From: a virus | Taxonomy: Duplodnaviria; Heunggongvirae; Uroviricota; Caudoviricetes | Strand: one strand, 5' to 3' | Virus record (IMG/VR): IMGVR_UViG_2541047850_000005 | Span: 3,554-67,553 of that record | DNA: 64,000 nt | Shown: positions 9,652-19,186 of the stretch, in pieces | Layout of the letters: every line of letters begins with the position of its first letter | Position numbering within the stretch: position 1 is the first letter of the stretch | The notes under the pieces: generated by a model | Seen by the model: the letters and a program-made list of their open reading frames with translations, nothing else | Databases searched by the model: none | Told to the model about the DNA's origin: nothing | Position numbers and translations under genes: made by a program

Positions 9652-10041
9652 CTACATCACAGGACAATCATCAAACTCGCCACTTCTTGCGTCGTTGATA
9701 ATGTGAGTGATCACACCAAACACGGCATTGCTGCCCGTGCATCCATCATCATCCTTTGGCAATGCTTCCTTCTTACCAGTTCTTAAATCCTCCAGATGCT
9801 GACGTGGATACTTCCGGTATCTTTTTACGCGATATTCCCCATCCAGAGCACATACAAGAAGAGATCCATCAACAGGAGTGAGTGAGGAATCGACCACCAG
9901 CAATGCACCCTGCAATATTCCCTCACGATGATGGCTATCAGCTGCCCTCAAGAAGTAGGTCGCTGAAGGATGTCTAATTATCTGCTGATCAAGAGAAATA
10001 CGGCTCTCAGCATAATCCGCCGCAGGAGAGGGGTACCCCAT
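9652..10041 (-). CDS. humD: UmuD'-like protein encoded in pre-processed form (P1 HumD-like)
   Basis: MGYPSPAADYAE.. aligns with UmuD from the Cys24/Gly25 cleavage site onward. The ADSH Ser and VKRYRK Lys are retained. Confidence 0.85.
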   Translation of the reverse strand: MGYPSPAADYAESRISLDQQIIRHPSATYFLRAADSHHREGILQGALLVVDSSLTPVDGSLLVCALDGEYRVKRYRKYPRQHLEDLRTGKKEALPKDDDGCTGSNAVFGVITHIINDARSGEFDDCPVM

Positions 10042-10059
10042 AGCGTTTTACCTCAAAAA

Positions 10060-10079
10060 TACTGTTTATCTGTACAGTA
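10060..10079. promoter_or_regulatory. LexA (SOS) box upstream of the humD-like gene
   Basis: TACTGTTTATCTGTACAGTA equals CTGT-N8-ACAG, 19 bp upstream of the ATG. Confidence 0.8.
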
Positions 10080-10198
10080 TACATTAAAGAAGCACCTTTG
10101 GTGCATTAGAGAAATGCAAAACGATAATAGAGGCTAAATCGAGGTAGAAAACACATTGTTTAAGGCCACTAATTGTGGCCTTAATGGAGAGGGGATGC

Positions 10199-10723
10199 TT
10201 ATTGGCTATGGCTAAAAATCAAATTAGACACTTCATGTGGTTGTAGCTCGTCAAGATCCGGTGCCACAAAACCTTTTCCGAAAGACTTCACAAGTGATTC
10301 ACCAGCCGCATCATTGTCACCTATTACACGAAAGTCATACGGCAGCATTGCCAGTTGACGACGTAATCCTGCTGAGAAAGTCGAACCTAACAGCGCCCAC
10401 GAATTTCCGCCCGCGTTGTGCACTGCTGCACTTTTAAAAATCGACTCAGTTATCCATATCGGTCCATCTTTTAAAGGAAGATAGGTTCCCCATAGTAGCT
10501 GTCTGCCGTGCGCTCGTGTGAAATACCGGGCCATCTTCGGATTGCTGTGCTGCTTAGGAGCGCCTGGTCTGTATGTCTGATACCCGGCCAACATCCCATC
10601 AAACCTGTATAGAGGGAATGTAACAACTCCTTCGCTTTCATCGATCCACTGTCTATATGGGTGTATATCATGGCGGTAGTTACGAGTCAGCAAATGAGCT
10701 TCCAGCTTTCCAAATTTGGTCAT
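10199..10723 (-). CDS. Toprim-domain protein (primase-core-like)
   Basis: IWITESIFKSAAV (Toprim Glu) and VIGDNDAAG (DxD). ATG 10723 lies 13 nt after the upstream stop and has a GAGG SD. Confidence 0.55.
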   Translation of the reverse strand: MTKFGKLEAHLLTRNYRHDIHPYRQWIDESEGVVTFPLYRFDGMLAGYQTYRPGAPKQHSNPKMARYFTRAHGRQLLWGTYLPLKDGPIWITESIFKSAAVHNAGGNSWALLGSTFSAGLRRQLAMLPYDFRVIGDNDAAGESLVKSFGKGFVAPDLDELQPHEVSNLIFSHSQ

Positions 10724-10736
10724 AACTTCGCATCCC

Positions 10737-11591
10737 TCATAACACTTCCCATTTATCACCATATTTCTCCATAGCTCTTAGCCAGTAAACATGGCCACTA
10801 GGCATAGTGATGTGAGGCTCGCCAAACTCTTCTCCATGCACATCAAAGATGTCCCCAACAGAGAATTGGGGGATTTCTGTGCCGTTTTCACCTATATGCG
10901 TAATTCGTATACGTTTCGGTTGAGATTCGCCCCCTTTGAGCGAGTTGTTCACGGCTCTTGCAATCTTCTCCCGCAATTGCTGCGTTCCGTGATACGAAAC
11001 CGCAATATCCCGCAACTCGTTCACCAGTTCTCGAATTTGGTGATCTTTAAGCTCATTATTTGGGTGATGGGCAACAACTCTGGTTAATTCACCCTTGTCT
11101 TTTGCTCTTACGTATGCAGCTCTTGTGCATTCGACCCATGTATTACCGCCTACATTAACTTCGTAGATTAGGCTGGACTTATCTGTTAATTCGGCACAAA
11201 TACGGGCCGTGGTCTGACAACTAGAGCATTCGCAGTGATCACGGAAACCGTGATCTACTGGCTTCGGTTTCACATCATCAACTTTTTCTACCCTATTGGA
11301 ATTTAAATACTTCGAAGCCTTGCTATGCCAATCGCTGGTTTTAGGATCTTGTCCATCCATCAAACGCCAGGCTTCAGCGATTAACTCATAACTAGTGACT
11401 GTAGCTTCCTGCGCATCACCAATAAGTCGTGTAATCTCTCTTTCAAGCCGACCGCCTAATTCCGTTTTAGTGCAATGTTCTGACCAATCGCCAGCCTCAA
11501 GAAGCGCGAGAATGTTTAAAATATCGTCCAATAGAACGGTAGTATTTTCGACTTCCTTCTGAAGCTCTCCGGCTGCTGATTTATGCGTCAT
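10737..11591 (-). CDS. hypothetical protein (284 aa)
   Basis: Long ORF with Cys cluster HCECSSC, start overlapping the upstream stop. Confidence 0.65.
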   Translation of the reverse strand: MTHKSAAGELQKEVENTTVLLDDILNILALLEAGDWSEHCTKTELGGRLEREITRLIGDAQEATVTSYELIAEAWRLMDGQDPKTSDWHSKASKYLNSNRVEKVDDVKPKPVDHGFRDHCECSSCQTTARICAELTDKSSLIYEVNVGGNTWVECTRAAYVRAKDKGELTRVVAHHPNNELKDHQIRELVNELRDIAVSYHGTQQLREKIARAVNNSLKGGESQPKRIRITHIGENGTEIPQFSVGDIFDVHGEEFGEPHITMPSGHVYWLRAMEKYGDKWEVL

Positions 11592-11857
11592 TCGTCATCC
11601 TCATCCGACTCATCCTCATCACAGGTTGAGAGTAGTGGGTTAGTCATTCGTCCTACTTGAGTGGCGTAGCCACGCCGACAGAGATTGCGCAGCACACTGT
11701 ATATTTCGAACATCTCGGTTCGTTCCTCACCAACATCAAGCTCAGATGCTATAGCGTGGCATTCAGTCGCGAGAGCCGATATTTTCTGAAATAACTCTGC
11801 TTTATTCACTCTTCGACTCCTGCGGAGGTTCTGGTAGCGGCATCCAGTGTGTGACAT
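11588..11857 (-). CDS. hypothetical protein with acidic tail
   Basis: ORF ends CDEDESDEDDE. A GTG at 11809 with GGAG 7 nt upstream is a likely alternative start. Confidence 0.5.
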   Translation of the reverse strand: MSHTGCRYQNLRRSRRVNKAELFQKISALATECHAIASELDVGEERTEMFEIYSVLRNLCRRGYATQVGRMTNPLLSTCDEDESDEDDE

Positions 11858-12410
11858 TGCTAATCAGACCATATTCATTCGTTTGAGGATGGTTGCCGTT
11901 ATCGTCTCCGTATTTAAGACTCTCCATAAAGCCATAATGCCTATCACCATTAACGCTCACAAAGCCGTAATAAGCAGGTATAACGCCGATCTCACACGTA
12001 ACCAGCAAAGGAAAACTAGTTCTCCAATTTAGCTCGCCGATTACAGGCATCTGCTCACTACAGCTTATCCAACCATCAGGAGTAACCGGATAGTTGCGCA
12101 TTGCGACCTTAAATGCCTCATAGAAGCAACCTTTCAGATTATTGAACTGACGCCCGTTCAGAGGGCCATGTTCTGTCAACATGTTGTGTAATTTCCATGC
12201 CGCGTCGTTAACTTCGTTGGATGATCTGGGAGGCAACTTGCAAGTTTGGCTTACAGGTTCTGCACTATCAGCTTCGCGCCGCTTCTGTAGCTCTGCTGCC
12301 ATCGCTCTCACGACTTCAACTGGTGCCCTTGCAGCAAACTCTATGTTGGTGATCAGCTCATTAAGATATTGCTCGCCTGGATACTGTTTCTTATCGGTTA
12401 TAGTAGTCAT
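11802..12410 (-). CDS. DUF551-like phage protein (202 aa)
   Basis: C-terminal ..NVTHWMPLPEPPQ signature. ATG 12410 preceded by GGAGAGTGAT. Confidence 0.65.
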   Translation of the reverse strand: MTTITDKKQYPGEQYLNELITNIEFAARAPVEVVRAMAAELQKRREADSAEPVSQTCKLPPRSSNEVNDAAWKLHNMLTEHGPLNGRQFNNLKGCFYEAFKVAMRNYPVTPDGWISCSEQMPVIGELNWRTSFPLLVTCEIGVIPAYYGFVSVNGDRHYGFMESLKYGDDNGNHPQTNEYGLISNVTHWMPLPEPPQESKSE

Positions 12411-12411
12411 A

Positions 12412-12849
12412 TCACTCTCCTTTTCCCTGAAGCATGGCAGCGTGGCAGGCATCCTCTACGCCCTTAACTGCATCTGCGCAGTAGTTATAGCGATTGCATT
12501 CCACTAACTTCTGCTTGAGATTTTCAATTGCTTGCGCGACATCAGCCTGTATTACGGGAACGAGGGGAGCGGCGTATACTTCAATTGTCCCATTATCAAT
12601 AGGCCACTCCCCATCCTTGATGTAGTCACTTGTGCCGTCAACTTGCTGTTCTGCAATGTGGAATGCACCTATTGGTTTTGTCTCAAGTGAGGCCAGTGCA
12701 ATTCGTGCCAGTTTTAGATCTCGTTCGACCATCTCAATAACAACTTTGCAGTCCGCACCTTCTTTACTAACACGTCCTTTCAAGTCTTCCAGATAACTAA
12801 CGCTTTCGCGTGCATGGGAGATTAACTGTTCTTTGGTTAAGGTGGTCAT
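12412..12849 (-). CDS. hypothetical protein (145 aa)
   Basis: ORF in a tightly coupled minus-strand chain. Confidence 0.6.
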   Translation of the reverse strand: MTTLTKEQLISHARESVSYLEDLKGRVSKEGADCKVVIEMVERDLKLARIALASLETKPIGAFHIAEQQVDGTSDYIKDGEWPIDNGTIEVYAAPLVPVIQADVAQAIENLKQKLVECNRYNYCADAVKGVEDACHAAMLQGKGE

Positions 12850-13034
12850 TAGGCAGCTCTCTCAACAACAAGCAATTCGTCGTAGTCATAATCAGTTTCG
12901 GAACCATCCGTACCGAACAGAGTCACTTTGTCATCTTCCATCCAAAAAGATTTAACCGCACATTGTTGACCTTTAGATGTTATGAGCACATCACCAGGGA
13001 TTACATCTTCAGCGCGAACTTCTAGTGTTCTCAT
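12849..13034 (-). CDS. hypothetical protein (61 aa)
   Basis: ORF whose start and stop overlap both neighbours. Confidence 0.5.
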   Translation of the reverse strand: MRTLEVRAEDVIPGDVLITSKGQQCAVKSFWMEDDKVTLFGTDGSETDYDYDELLVVERAA

Positions 13035-13561
13035 CGTGCTGACCCCTCTTTGGTTAAAATGCCTGCTGCAATGCTGTTTATGATGCTGTCAGTGCATGGA
13101 GTAGAAAGCTGGGCATCTCCAGCAATTTTCATGACCTCAACATCCGCATATCGAATACCGAGGTGTATCAGACCGGCTATACCTGACTTAAGTCGAACAT
13201 TTTCCATAAACAGATCTTTTTCCCGCTGTTTAGCGGCTTCCAACTCCATCGACAATTTTTCCAACTGCTCTTTATGCTTCTTGTATTCCTGATACGCGTG
13301 CCAAGACTGACCTTTGCGCACACTATCAGTGATATCAGCAACCTGCTCCGGTGTTAGCGTGGTCAGTGGCTGTGCTGGAAAAATCATCACCTTCCCGGCA
13401 TCCCAATCAAAACCCGCCTGAATTGACTGAACCTCAACTGATGGTGTTGAACCGATGCGACCAGGCGAATGAACAACGATCGTTACATCCATATCGCGAC
13501 GATGGCTGTGGTTGTTGGACAAAATACGATTCACCAACTCAGAAAATTTGGAAAATTTCAT
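13031..13561 (-). CDS. hypothetical coiled-coil protein (176 aa)
   Basis: ATG 13561 overlaps the upstream stop (ATGA). Confidence 0.6.
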   Translation of the reverse strand: MKFSKFSELVNRILSNNHSHRRDMDVTIVVHSPGRIGSTPSVEVQSIQAGFDWDAGKVMIFPAQPLTTLTPEQVADITDSVRKGQSWHAYQEYKKHKEQLEKLSMELEAAKQREKDLFMENVRLKSGIAGLIHLGIRYADVEVMKIAGDAQLSTPCTDSIINSIAAGILTKEGSAR

Positions 13562-13881
13562 GCTGATCCCTCTTTTTCTCCCCGGATAATTCTGTTGCAC
13601 ACATCCACACACTCGTCGCAGATGAAAACGGCGTCCCCAGCAATTAACTTTTTGACGGCGTACTGGGATTTGTTGCAGAAGCTGCAACAAAGTGTTCGCC
13701 TGACTGATAAGGATGGAGCGCCAGATGTCAGCCGCTCCATATCGTTCTTGCGACGCAATATCACACGGCTGAACTCAACCAGTTTCTCCGGGGATATCTC
13801 CTCCTCCGTAGCAAGCGCCTCTAATCGTTCGAGTATGTGGAAGGCTTTTTTCTGGGTAATTGCAGAATGCGATGTGGTCAT
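13558..13881 (-). CDS. stand-alone ClpX-type C4 zinc-finger protein (107 aa)
   Basis: [35 protein letters not shown] matches the ClpX N-terminal domain (CSFCGKSQHEVRKLIAG..ICDECVDLCNDII). No AAA+ module. Confidence 0.75.
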   Translation of the reverse strand: MTTSHSAITQKKAFHILERLEALATEEEISPEKLVEFSRVILRRKNDMERLTSGAPSLSVRRTLCCSFCNKSQYAVKKLIAGDAVFICDECVDVCNRIIRGEKEGSA

Positions 13882-13882
13882 C

Positions 13883-14413
13883 TCACTCTCCTTTGATGCG
13901 AATGCCAGCGGCGCGGGAATCATTCCATCGCTTTACTTCTTCACGAATTACGTCAATGCATTCTTTCGAATCCATTAGGTAATCTTCATCAAAAAGACGT
14001 TCCTGTTCGTTTTCTATCGCAACAATGATTGCTTCAACTAACTTTTGTGCCTGAGAATCACTTTCTAACTCTGCTATGCGCTTACTTCCATCCGAGATAA
14101 CGCCCTCGTAATACTCACGCTGCTCGTTGAGTTTTGATTTTGCCAACTCCAGTTGTTTTGTTAGTTCCGCAATACGGCAAACATCGTTGATACGCGTTTC
14201 CTCTAATGCGTTGATCTCATCCAGTAGTGCCAGCACGGTTTCTGGTCCGGCCAGAAATTTGAAGGCGTTGAGGGCATCAATATCAACACCGCTATCTTTA
14301 AGTTCCTGTTCACTTAACAAGTCATCATCAGCTGGCAACATTAACAGGCGTTCCATTGCTGGAATTGCACGTTCCGCCACCTCACGCAGTGCCTGGTAAT
14401 TAATTTCGCTCAC
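13883..14413 (-). CDS. hypothetical coiled-coil protein (176 aa)
   Basis: GTG start with AGGAGG 6 nt upstream. Confidence 0.6.
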   Translation of the reverse strand: MSEINYQALREVAERAIPAMERLLMLPADDDLLSEQELKDSGVDIDALNAFKFLAGPETVLALLDEINALEETRINDVCRIAELTKQLELAKSKLNEQREYYEGVISDGSKRIAELESDSQAQKLVEAIIVAIENEQERLFDEDYLMDSKECIDVIREEVKRWNDSRAAGIRIKGE

Positions 14414-14654
14414 TGGCTGCCTCCTGCTTTTCTGCCTTCAACACCATGCGAGAACCATCATCCAGCTCCCACACTATCTCACCACCTTCAGCCATGACCA
14501 GTTGCCACACCAATTGAGCAGCCTCATTGGTAACATCACGACCTGGATCATTGCCAACGCGCATACGTCCACCTTCAACATCGCGCATTTTTGCCAGCAT
14601 GATAGTTTTTGATAGCGGTGAAAAACCAAGCTGTAGTCGTGCTGAATTACTCAC
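14400..14654 (-). CDS. hypothetical protein (84 aa)
   Basis: GTG start overlapping the upstream stop (GTGA). GGAGG SD. Confidence 0.55.
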   Translation of the reverse strand: MSNSARLQLGFSPLSKTIMLAKMRDVEGGRMRVGNDPGRDVTNEAAQLVWQLVMAEGGEIVWELDDGSRMVLKAEKQEAASERN

Positions 14655-15157
14655 TGGTTGCCTCCTTTGCGAAGCTGGTCGGCGAACAAACGTACACCAG
14701 ACGCTTCACTGCGTAGAAACTTAACGGCATCATCAAAACCACCTCGTTCTGCGTCGTCTGCTCCGTTGTCGAGGTTATCTGCGTACATCTCTACCCCCTG
14801 CGCCCGTACTTCAGCCAGAAAAGCATCGGTGGCTGGAGTCTCCGTTAATTCGCTAACCCAATTATCTCCGTGTTCCTCGGCACGCATCGCATCGAATGCT
14901 CGCTCAGATTCTTTCAGGGCTGCATTCTCCGCCGCTAATGCGTCTCTCTGCGCCCGCAACTTCTCAATTTCGGCAGCCATGTAGTAACCAACCATAGCGA
15001 AGACGGCAAAAGAGTTGTCTGCCTCATCAGGCGACACTGAGGCCATTAGCAGACCATCGTAATAATCGTGACTCCCATTGGTGATCGCCACCGCATAGGA
15101 GTCGTGGTTCTCACGCTTGTGAATGAGAACTACGGGGTTTTCGATTTTGTTACTCAT
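14651..15157 (-). CDS. hypothetical protein (168 aa)
   Basis: First gene after the promoter with motif-1 (15230). Conserved leader AGAGAAAAACACATG. Confidence 0.65.
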   Translation of the reverse strand: MSNKIENPVVLIHKRENHDSYAVAITNGSHDYYDGLLMASVSPDEADNSFAVFAMVGYYMAAEIEKLRAQRDALAAENAALKESERAFDAMRAEEHGDNWVSELTETPATDAFLAEVRAQGVEMYADNLDNGADDAERGGFDDAVKFLRSEASGVRLFADQLRKGGNQ

Positions 15158-15295
15158 GTGTTTTTCTCTTCTTTGCTGTTACATAAGCACTACCAAGTGC
15201 TGGTTTATTTTCACAAATAAGAAAATGTAGAAAACAATTTATTTAAGGCCACAACTTATGGCCTTTATTTATTCATGCCGAAGGATTTGTAGCGT

Positions 15296-15676
15296 CTAAT
15301 TGCCGTATAAAATGGGGTGAGGTGCTTGCCAGTAGGCTCCACCGGTCCATGTGAACCCCATGCGAATAAGAGTGTTTATTGCGGCTTTGGTAGACTCCGA
15401 TTCGACACTGGCTTTACGAAACTCTTGAACCTCTTTCGCCAACCTGTATGTAATTGTGCAGGGGACGATTGCAGCCCAGCCTTTCTCATGACTGTTAATG
15501 ACCATCTGGATGTGACCATCCAGAATAGGTTGATTAGACATGTTATTGAAAATGTCTGCCTGTTTTTGAATGTGAAGAAAAAGCCTTGCCAGCTCCATTT
15601 GCTCACTACGAGACAAGGGATTATCAAGAGGGCTTTTTGCAAAAGCGGCTATACGCTGTGCGTCAATGCCAAACAT
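15296..15676 (-). CDS. hypothetical protein (126 aa)
   Basis: ORF whose start abuts the upstream stop. Confidence 0.6.
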   Translation of the reverse strand: MFGIDAQRIAAFAKSPLDNPLSRSEQMELARLFLHIQKQADIFNNMSNQPILDGHIQMVINSHEKGWAAIVPCTITYRLAKEVQEFRKASVESESTKAAINTLIRMGFTWTGGAYWQAPHPILYGN

Positions 15677-16380
15677 CAGCGCACCTCACCATCTTTATGG
15701 CTGGAGTTAACTTCCGCCATTAAATGTCTGACGTAATCGACAAGAGAGCCACCTGGTGGAATCTGGCATTCCTCAACTAACTGGAAGTAGATATCCGCAG
15801 CATTACGTGTATTGCTACCCGCGCATATTCTTTCTTCCCGAAGTGCATGAAGCTCGTTGATCAAACGGTCACACTCTCCGTTACGCTGATCCACAACAGC
15901 CTCAAGTTCTGCGACGCGTTCACCTGGCGTCTTACCTTCTTCGCGTTGGATGGTAACGACGAAATCGCCAATTGCAGGGACGTTGTAATCCAGCTCAAGG
16001 TAGTTTTTGGCACCGCTGCGGACGAACTCACCCGCGAACATGGTGGCGAACATCTCAGAGGCCATTGTGCTGTTGAAAAGTGACTCCAGATCTAACGGAG
16101 TCCCGGCAGCCAGAGCCTCTTTTGCTGTATCCATTGCATCCATGAACCGATCAAACTCATTAGCGCGCTTTTCCAGGTCTTTCCATTGCTCGCTCCAACG
16201 TTTGGCAATGAAGTCTATGAATGTTTTCGCGGATTCATCAAAATCCCCCTCAAACTTAACGATGCCTTTATCAATAATGATCTGGCCTACCGCATCCTCT
16301 GCATAACCTTTCAATGTAAACTTGAAAGGAAAATCAGAATGGCCTGTGACGTTAAAATGCTCTAACTGGAGGTTGTTCAT
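15676..16380 (-). CDS. hypothetical protein (234 aa)
   Basis: ORF preceded by motif-2 site 16423-16442 and leader AGAGAAAAACATATG. Confidence 0.65.
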   Translation of the reverse strand: MNNLQLEHFNVTGHSDFPFKFTLKGYAEDAVGQIIIDKGIVKFEGDFDESAKTFIDFIAKRWSEQWKDLEKRANEFDRFMDAMDTAKEALAAGTPLDLESLFNSTMASEMFATMFAGEFVRSGAKNYLELDYNVPAIGDFVVTIQREEGKTPGERVAELEAVVDQRNGECDRLINELHALREERICAGSNTRNAADIYFQLVEECQIPPGGSLVDYVRHLMAEVNSSHKDGEVR

Positions 16381-16441
16381 ATGTTTTTCTCTTATCGTTT
16401 AGTTATTACATTCTTACACAAATTAAGTAAGTATTTACCTA

Positions 16442-18127
16442 TCATTTAACGCGTTTGAAAACGTATACGCTGACTGTGATCCCTGTGTCTTCAAACTCGT
16501 TGGTAAACGACTTCCCTCTGGCATAAACGTAATTATCCATCGTCATCCAGTCCAGTATTGGCGCAGTGCCCGGCAATACTGCTACAAGACGCCCGCCGAC
16601 TTTCAGATGCCCCAGCGCAGCCAGCGTGTGCTCTCTATGACGACCAAGCGAGTACGGCGGGTTCATAACGATTTTGTCGAACTGATAACCTGCGTTGTCC
16701 TCAGACCACTTTATGAAGTCGCAGCAAATCGTGTTCGTATACCCTTTTCCACGCAGGATATCAGCGAAGAGAGGTGCGATTTCTATACAGGTAACATCTT
16801 CCAGATCGGCGTTAATATAGGCCAGAAGATCCCCACGTCCGGCTTGAGGCTCCAGCAGCTTCTCACCAGGCTTCAATTCAGTGGCTCTGGCAACGTACTC
16901 AGCAATCAAGCGTGGGGTAGGGTAGAACTGGTGTGATTTTGTATCCGGTATTAAACCGGTAGCCACAATCGTATTTAGCGTATGGCCGATCTCATACTGG
17001 AACTGCCAGTGCTTTTTCTCCTGCACGCCGCCAATGAAGCTCAGTGTGCGCTCAAGCTCTTCCACCTGCGACTTCTGGAGAGCTGAATCAGAGAAGTACC
17101 ATACGCCTTTGTCTTTGCTCAATCGCCCGTCACGAAGCGCAGTGCGAACCGGCACGGAGATCGTCTTCTGGATTAACCCGAACTGCTTTGGTGCCCGTGT
17201 TTTTGGCGCAGTTCGGCATGGCGCGGGGATTGCAGCAGGCATACTGTAAGCCAGCACCTCATTCAACTTCCAGGCCACGTCAGGATGTATTTCAAAGTGA
17301 ACGTTGCCGTTCTTGAACATCTTCACGCGCATCAGATTTCCATCGACGTTCATCCAGTCACCGGTCTGGCAGTCGTTTGCCCTATACGCAGCTGATAGCA
17401 CCTCAGCAGTGCGGTTGATGGTAATAAATTCTTTGTGCGCGAAGAAATGAAGCAAGACACGCAGATCGTCGATGTAGTCCTCTTTGCGATAGTTCACGCT
17501 AACGCTGTCCCGCCAGAAATCAGAAATGCAGTCAGCGATTATCAGCCGCTCGCTGAAACCGTTTGTCTTATTTGTCTTGTGCGCAGGACTCAGCGCCTTA
17601 AACAAGCCATACACGCGCTCAGAGAGATATTTGTGCCTGTCATTCAGCAAATTAAGCATCGTGGGTATGACCGTTTCTGCTTTGAACTCCGGTACACCAA
17701 CGAACTCTTTAACCTTCATCTGATAGCCGGTTCTGTCAGTTTTGATGACTTCCTGCTTGCCCTCGATAAATTGCTCACGCCACTCGTCGCGACGGGAAGC
17801 TGGCATGATCAGCAGAACGTTAGTCATATCCGTGACCTTCCTCCAGTACTCGGCCCAAATATTCTGTTTCACCCATTCCAGATCGACGTTATCCAGCCAG
17901 ACTCGATTCAAACGTGAGCGATCTTCATCTGGTCGGTGGTTTAGTCGAAGCAGGCGATTAATCATGTTGTGGCGTTCATCGCCATAAACGAAGTCGTGTA
18001 CCTGATACATGAAGGAGATCTCTTTCTCGCACTCGGCCACAATTTCGTGGATGACGTTCATTTCCTGTCGATAGTCGATAGCAGTGTTTGAGCTGGCATC
18101 GTCCATGATGGAAAGAGCTGTATTCAT
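16442..18127 (-). CDS. N6-adenine DNA methyltransferase with a large N-terminal domain of unknown function
   Basis: C-terminal LLEPQAGRGDL (SAM motif I) and IVMNPPYS (motif IV). Confidence 0.8.
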   Translation of the reverse strand: MNTALSIMDDASSNTAIDYRQEMNVIHEIVAECEKEISFMYQVHDFVYGDERHNMINRLLRLNHRPDEDRSRLNRVWLDNVDLEWVKQNIWAEYWRKVTDMTNVLLIMPASRRDEWREQFIEGKQEVIKTDRTGYQMKVKEFVGVPEFKAETVIPTMLNLLNDRHKYLSERVYGLFKALSPAHKTNKTNGFSERLIIADCISDFWRDSVSVNYRKEDYIDDLRVLLHFFAHKEFITINRTAEVLSAAYRANDCQTGDWMNVDGNLMRVKMFKNGNVHFEIHPDVAWKLNEVLAYSMPAAIPAPCRTAPKTRAPKQFGLIQKTISVPVRTALRDGRLSKDKGVWYFSDSALQKSQVEELERTLSFIGGVQEKKHWQFQYEIGHTLNTIVATGLIPDTKSHQFYPTPRLIAEYVARATELKPGEKLLEPQAGRGDLLAYINADLEDVTCIEIAPLFADILRGKGYTNTICCDFIKWSEDNAGYQFDKIVMNPPYSLGRHREHTLAALGHLKVGGRLVAVLPGTAPILDWMTMDNYVYARGKSFTNEFEDTGITVSVYVFKRVK

Positions 18128-18230
18128 AATTGCACCATTAAGAAATGATTTGTTTAATGATGCAATTATTTCAAAAATAAAAAGGTGCTAAATAGAAATT
18201 AACAGGCAATACTTAAAATAAAGGCATTGA

Positions 18231-18845
18231 CTAATCATACTTGGATGTATTTATAACCAGGACTTTATTTGTATATAGTTTTTTTACATCCCATGTAACA
18301 TTACTTGAATACCATTCACCATTATATATTTGGTTTCCCGTTGCGCCTGTCATTGTTACGTATACAGGTCTGTCGTAAGGTGTTCGTCTATAGTTATATA
18401 CTCCAACCATTGCAGGCATTATCGCACACGGGTATCCCATATTTATGGTAAATTGAGGATTTGTAATAGTGATAATCTCTGCATCAAGGGGCATCATCTC
18501 ACCGTGATATACCATTTTACCTGCGCTATTATACATGGCAATACCATATCCTGAATGTGGTAACACCATATCAGAAAAAGCATAAACTGTTATCGTTCCG
18601 GGGTTTCCTCCAACCTGATTCAGTCTGAGAACATTATACCCATCTCTAAATTCATGAACGAACATCATATTCGCCTTATTACTGCTTTTTATAAAGAAAA
18701 AACATGATTTGTTCGACGGTATTGAAGTCTTAAAAACAGAACCTTTAGACGTGGACATTGTCCCCCTATTAATCAAATTTTGCGGTGTAAATTCTGGACT
18801 CATCCACACATTACCATTTGACTGAGTAATTGACATCCCGAACAT
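18231..18845 (-). CDS. hypothetical protein (204 aa) in an AT-rich cassette
   Basis: ATG 18845 with GGGGA 8 nt upstream, 5 nt after the stop of 18851..19132. Beta-rich sequence, no family recognised. Confidence 0.55.
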   Translation of the reverse strand: MFGMSITQSNGNVWMSPEFTPQNLINRGTMSTSKGSVFKTSIPSNKSCFFFIKSSNKANMMFVHEFRDGYNVLRLNQVGGNPGTITVYAFSDMVLPHSGYGIAMYNSAGKMVYHGEMMPLDAEIITITNPQFTINMGYPCAIMPAMVGVYNYRRTPYDRPVYVTMTGATGNQIYNGEWYSSNVTWDVKKLYTNKVLVINTSKYD

Positions 18846-18850
18846 TATTG

Positions 18851-19132
18851 TTATCCCCAATATGTATATATATAAGATCCAAGTCCCTTGTATAAATTTG
18901 ACCAACTTACTGTATTGCCGTTAATAGTGATAGTTGGTGTAGGTATATTTACATGGTTATCGTTATTTAAAGGCATCAATGAGCACACAGCATGTAATGA
19001 TTTGCCAGGTGGTGGATTTGGGTAAGTCTTAGAGCCTGACGTGGTTGTAAATCGATCAAGAAAAAAAATAGGAGTAAGGAAGCCGGTAACGTTAACTCCC
19101 TTATTATTGTAGATCCCTGTACCGTATGCCAT
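18851..19132 (-). CDS. hypothetical protein (93 aa) in an AT-rich cassette
   Basis: The ORF shares a G(Y/T)GI(Y/M)YN..GK motif with the next gene. Confidence 0.5.
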   Translation of the reverse strand: MAYGTGIYNNKGVNVTGFLTPIFFLDRFTTTSGSKTYPNPPPGKSLHAVCSLMPLNNDNHVNIPTPTITINGNTVSWSNLYKGLGSYIYTYWG

Positions 19133-19186
19133 TTTTCATCCTTGTTTTTATCAACATAATATGGCCGATCATGCGGCCATATCAGA

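Noticed and set aside
18845-18905. ORFs 18851..19132 and 18231..18905 overlap in different frames across a (TA)5 tract (18865-18874). This looked like a phase-variable or frameshifted single gene.
   Set aside because: An ATG at 18845 with a GGGGA SD lies 5 nt after the upstream stop. Two ordinary adjacent genes explain the layout, and no frameshift is needed.
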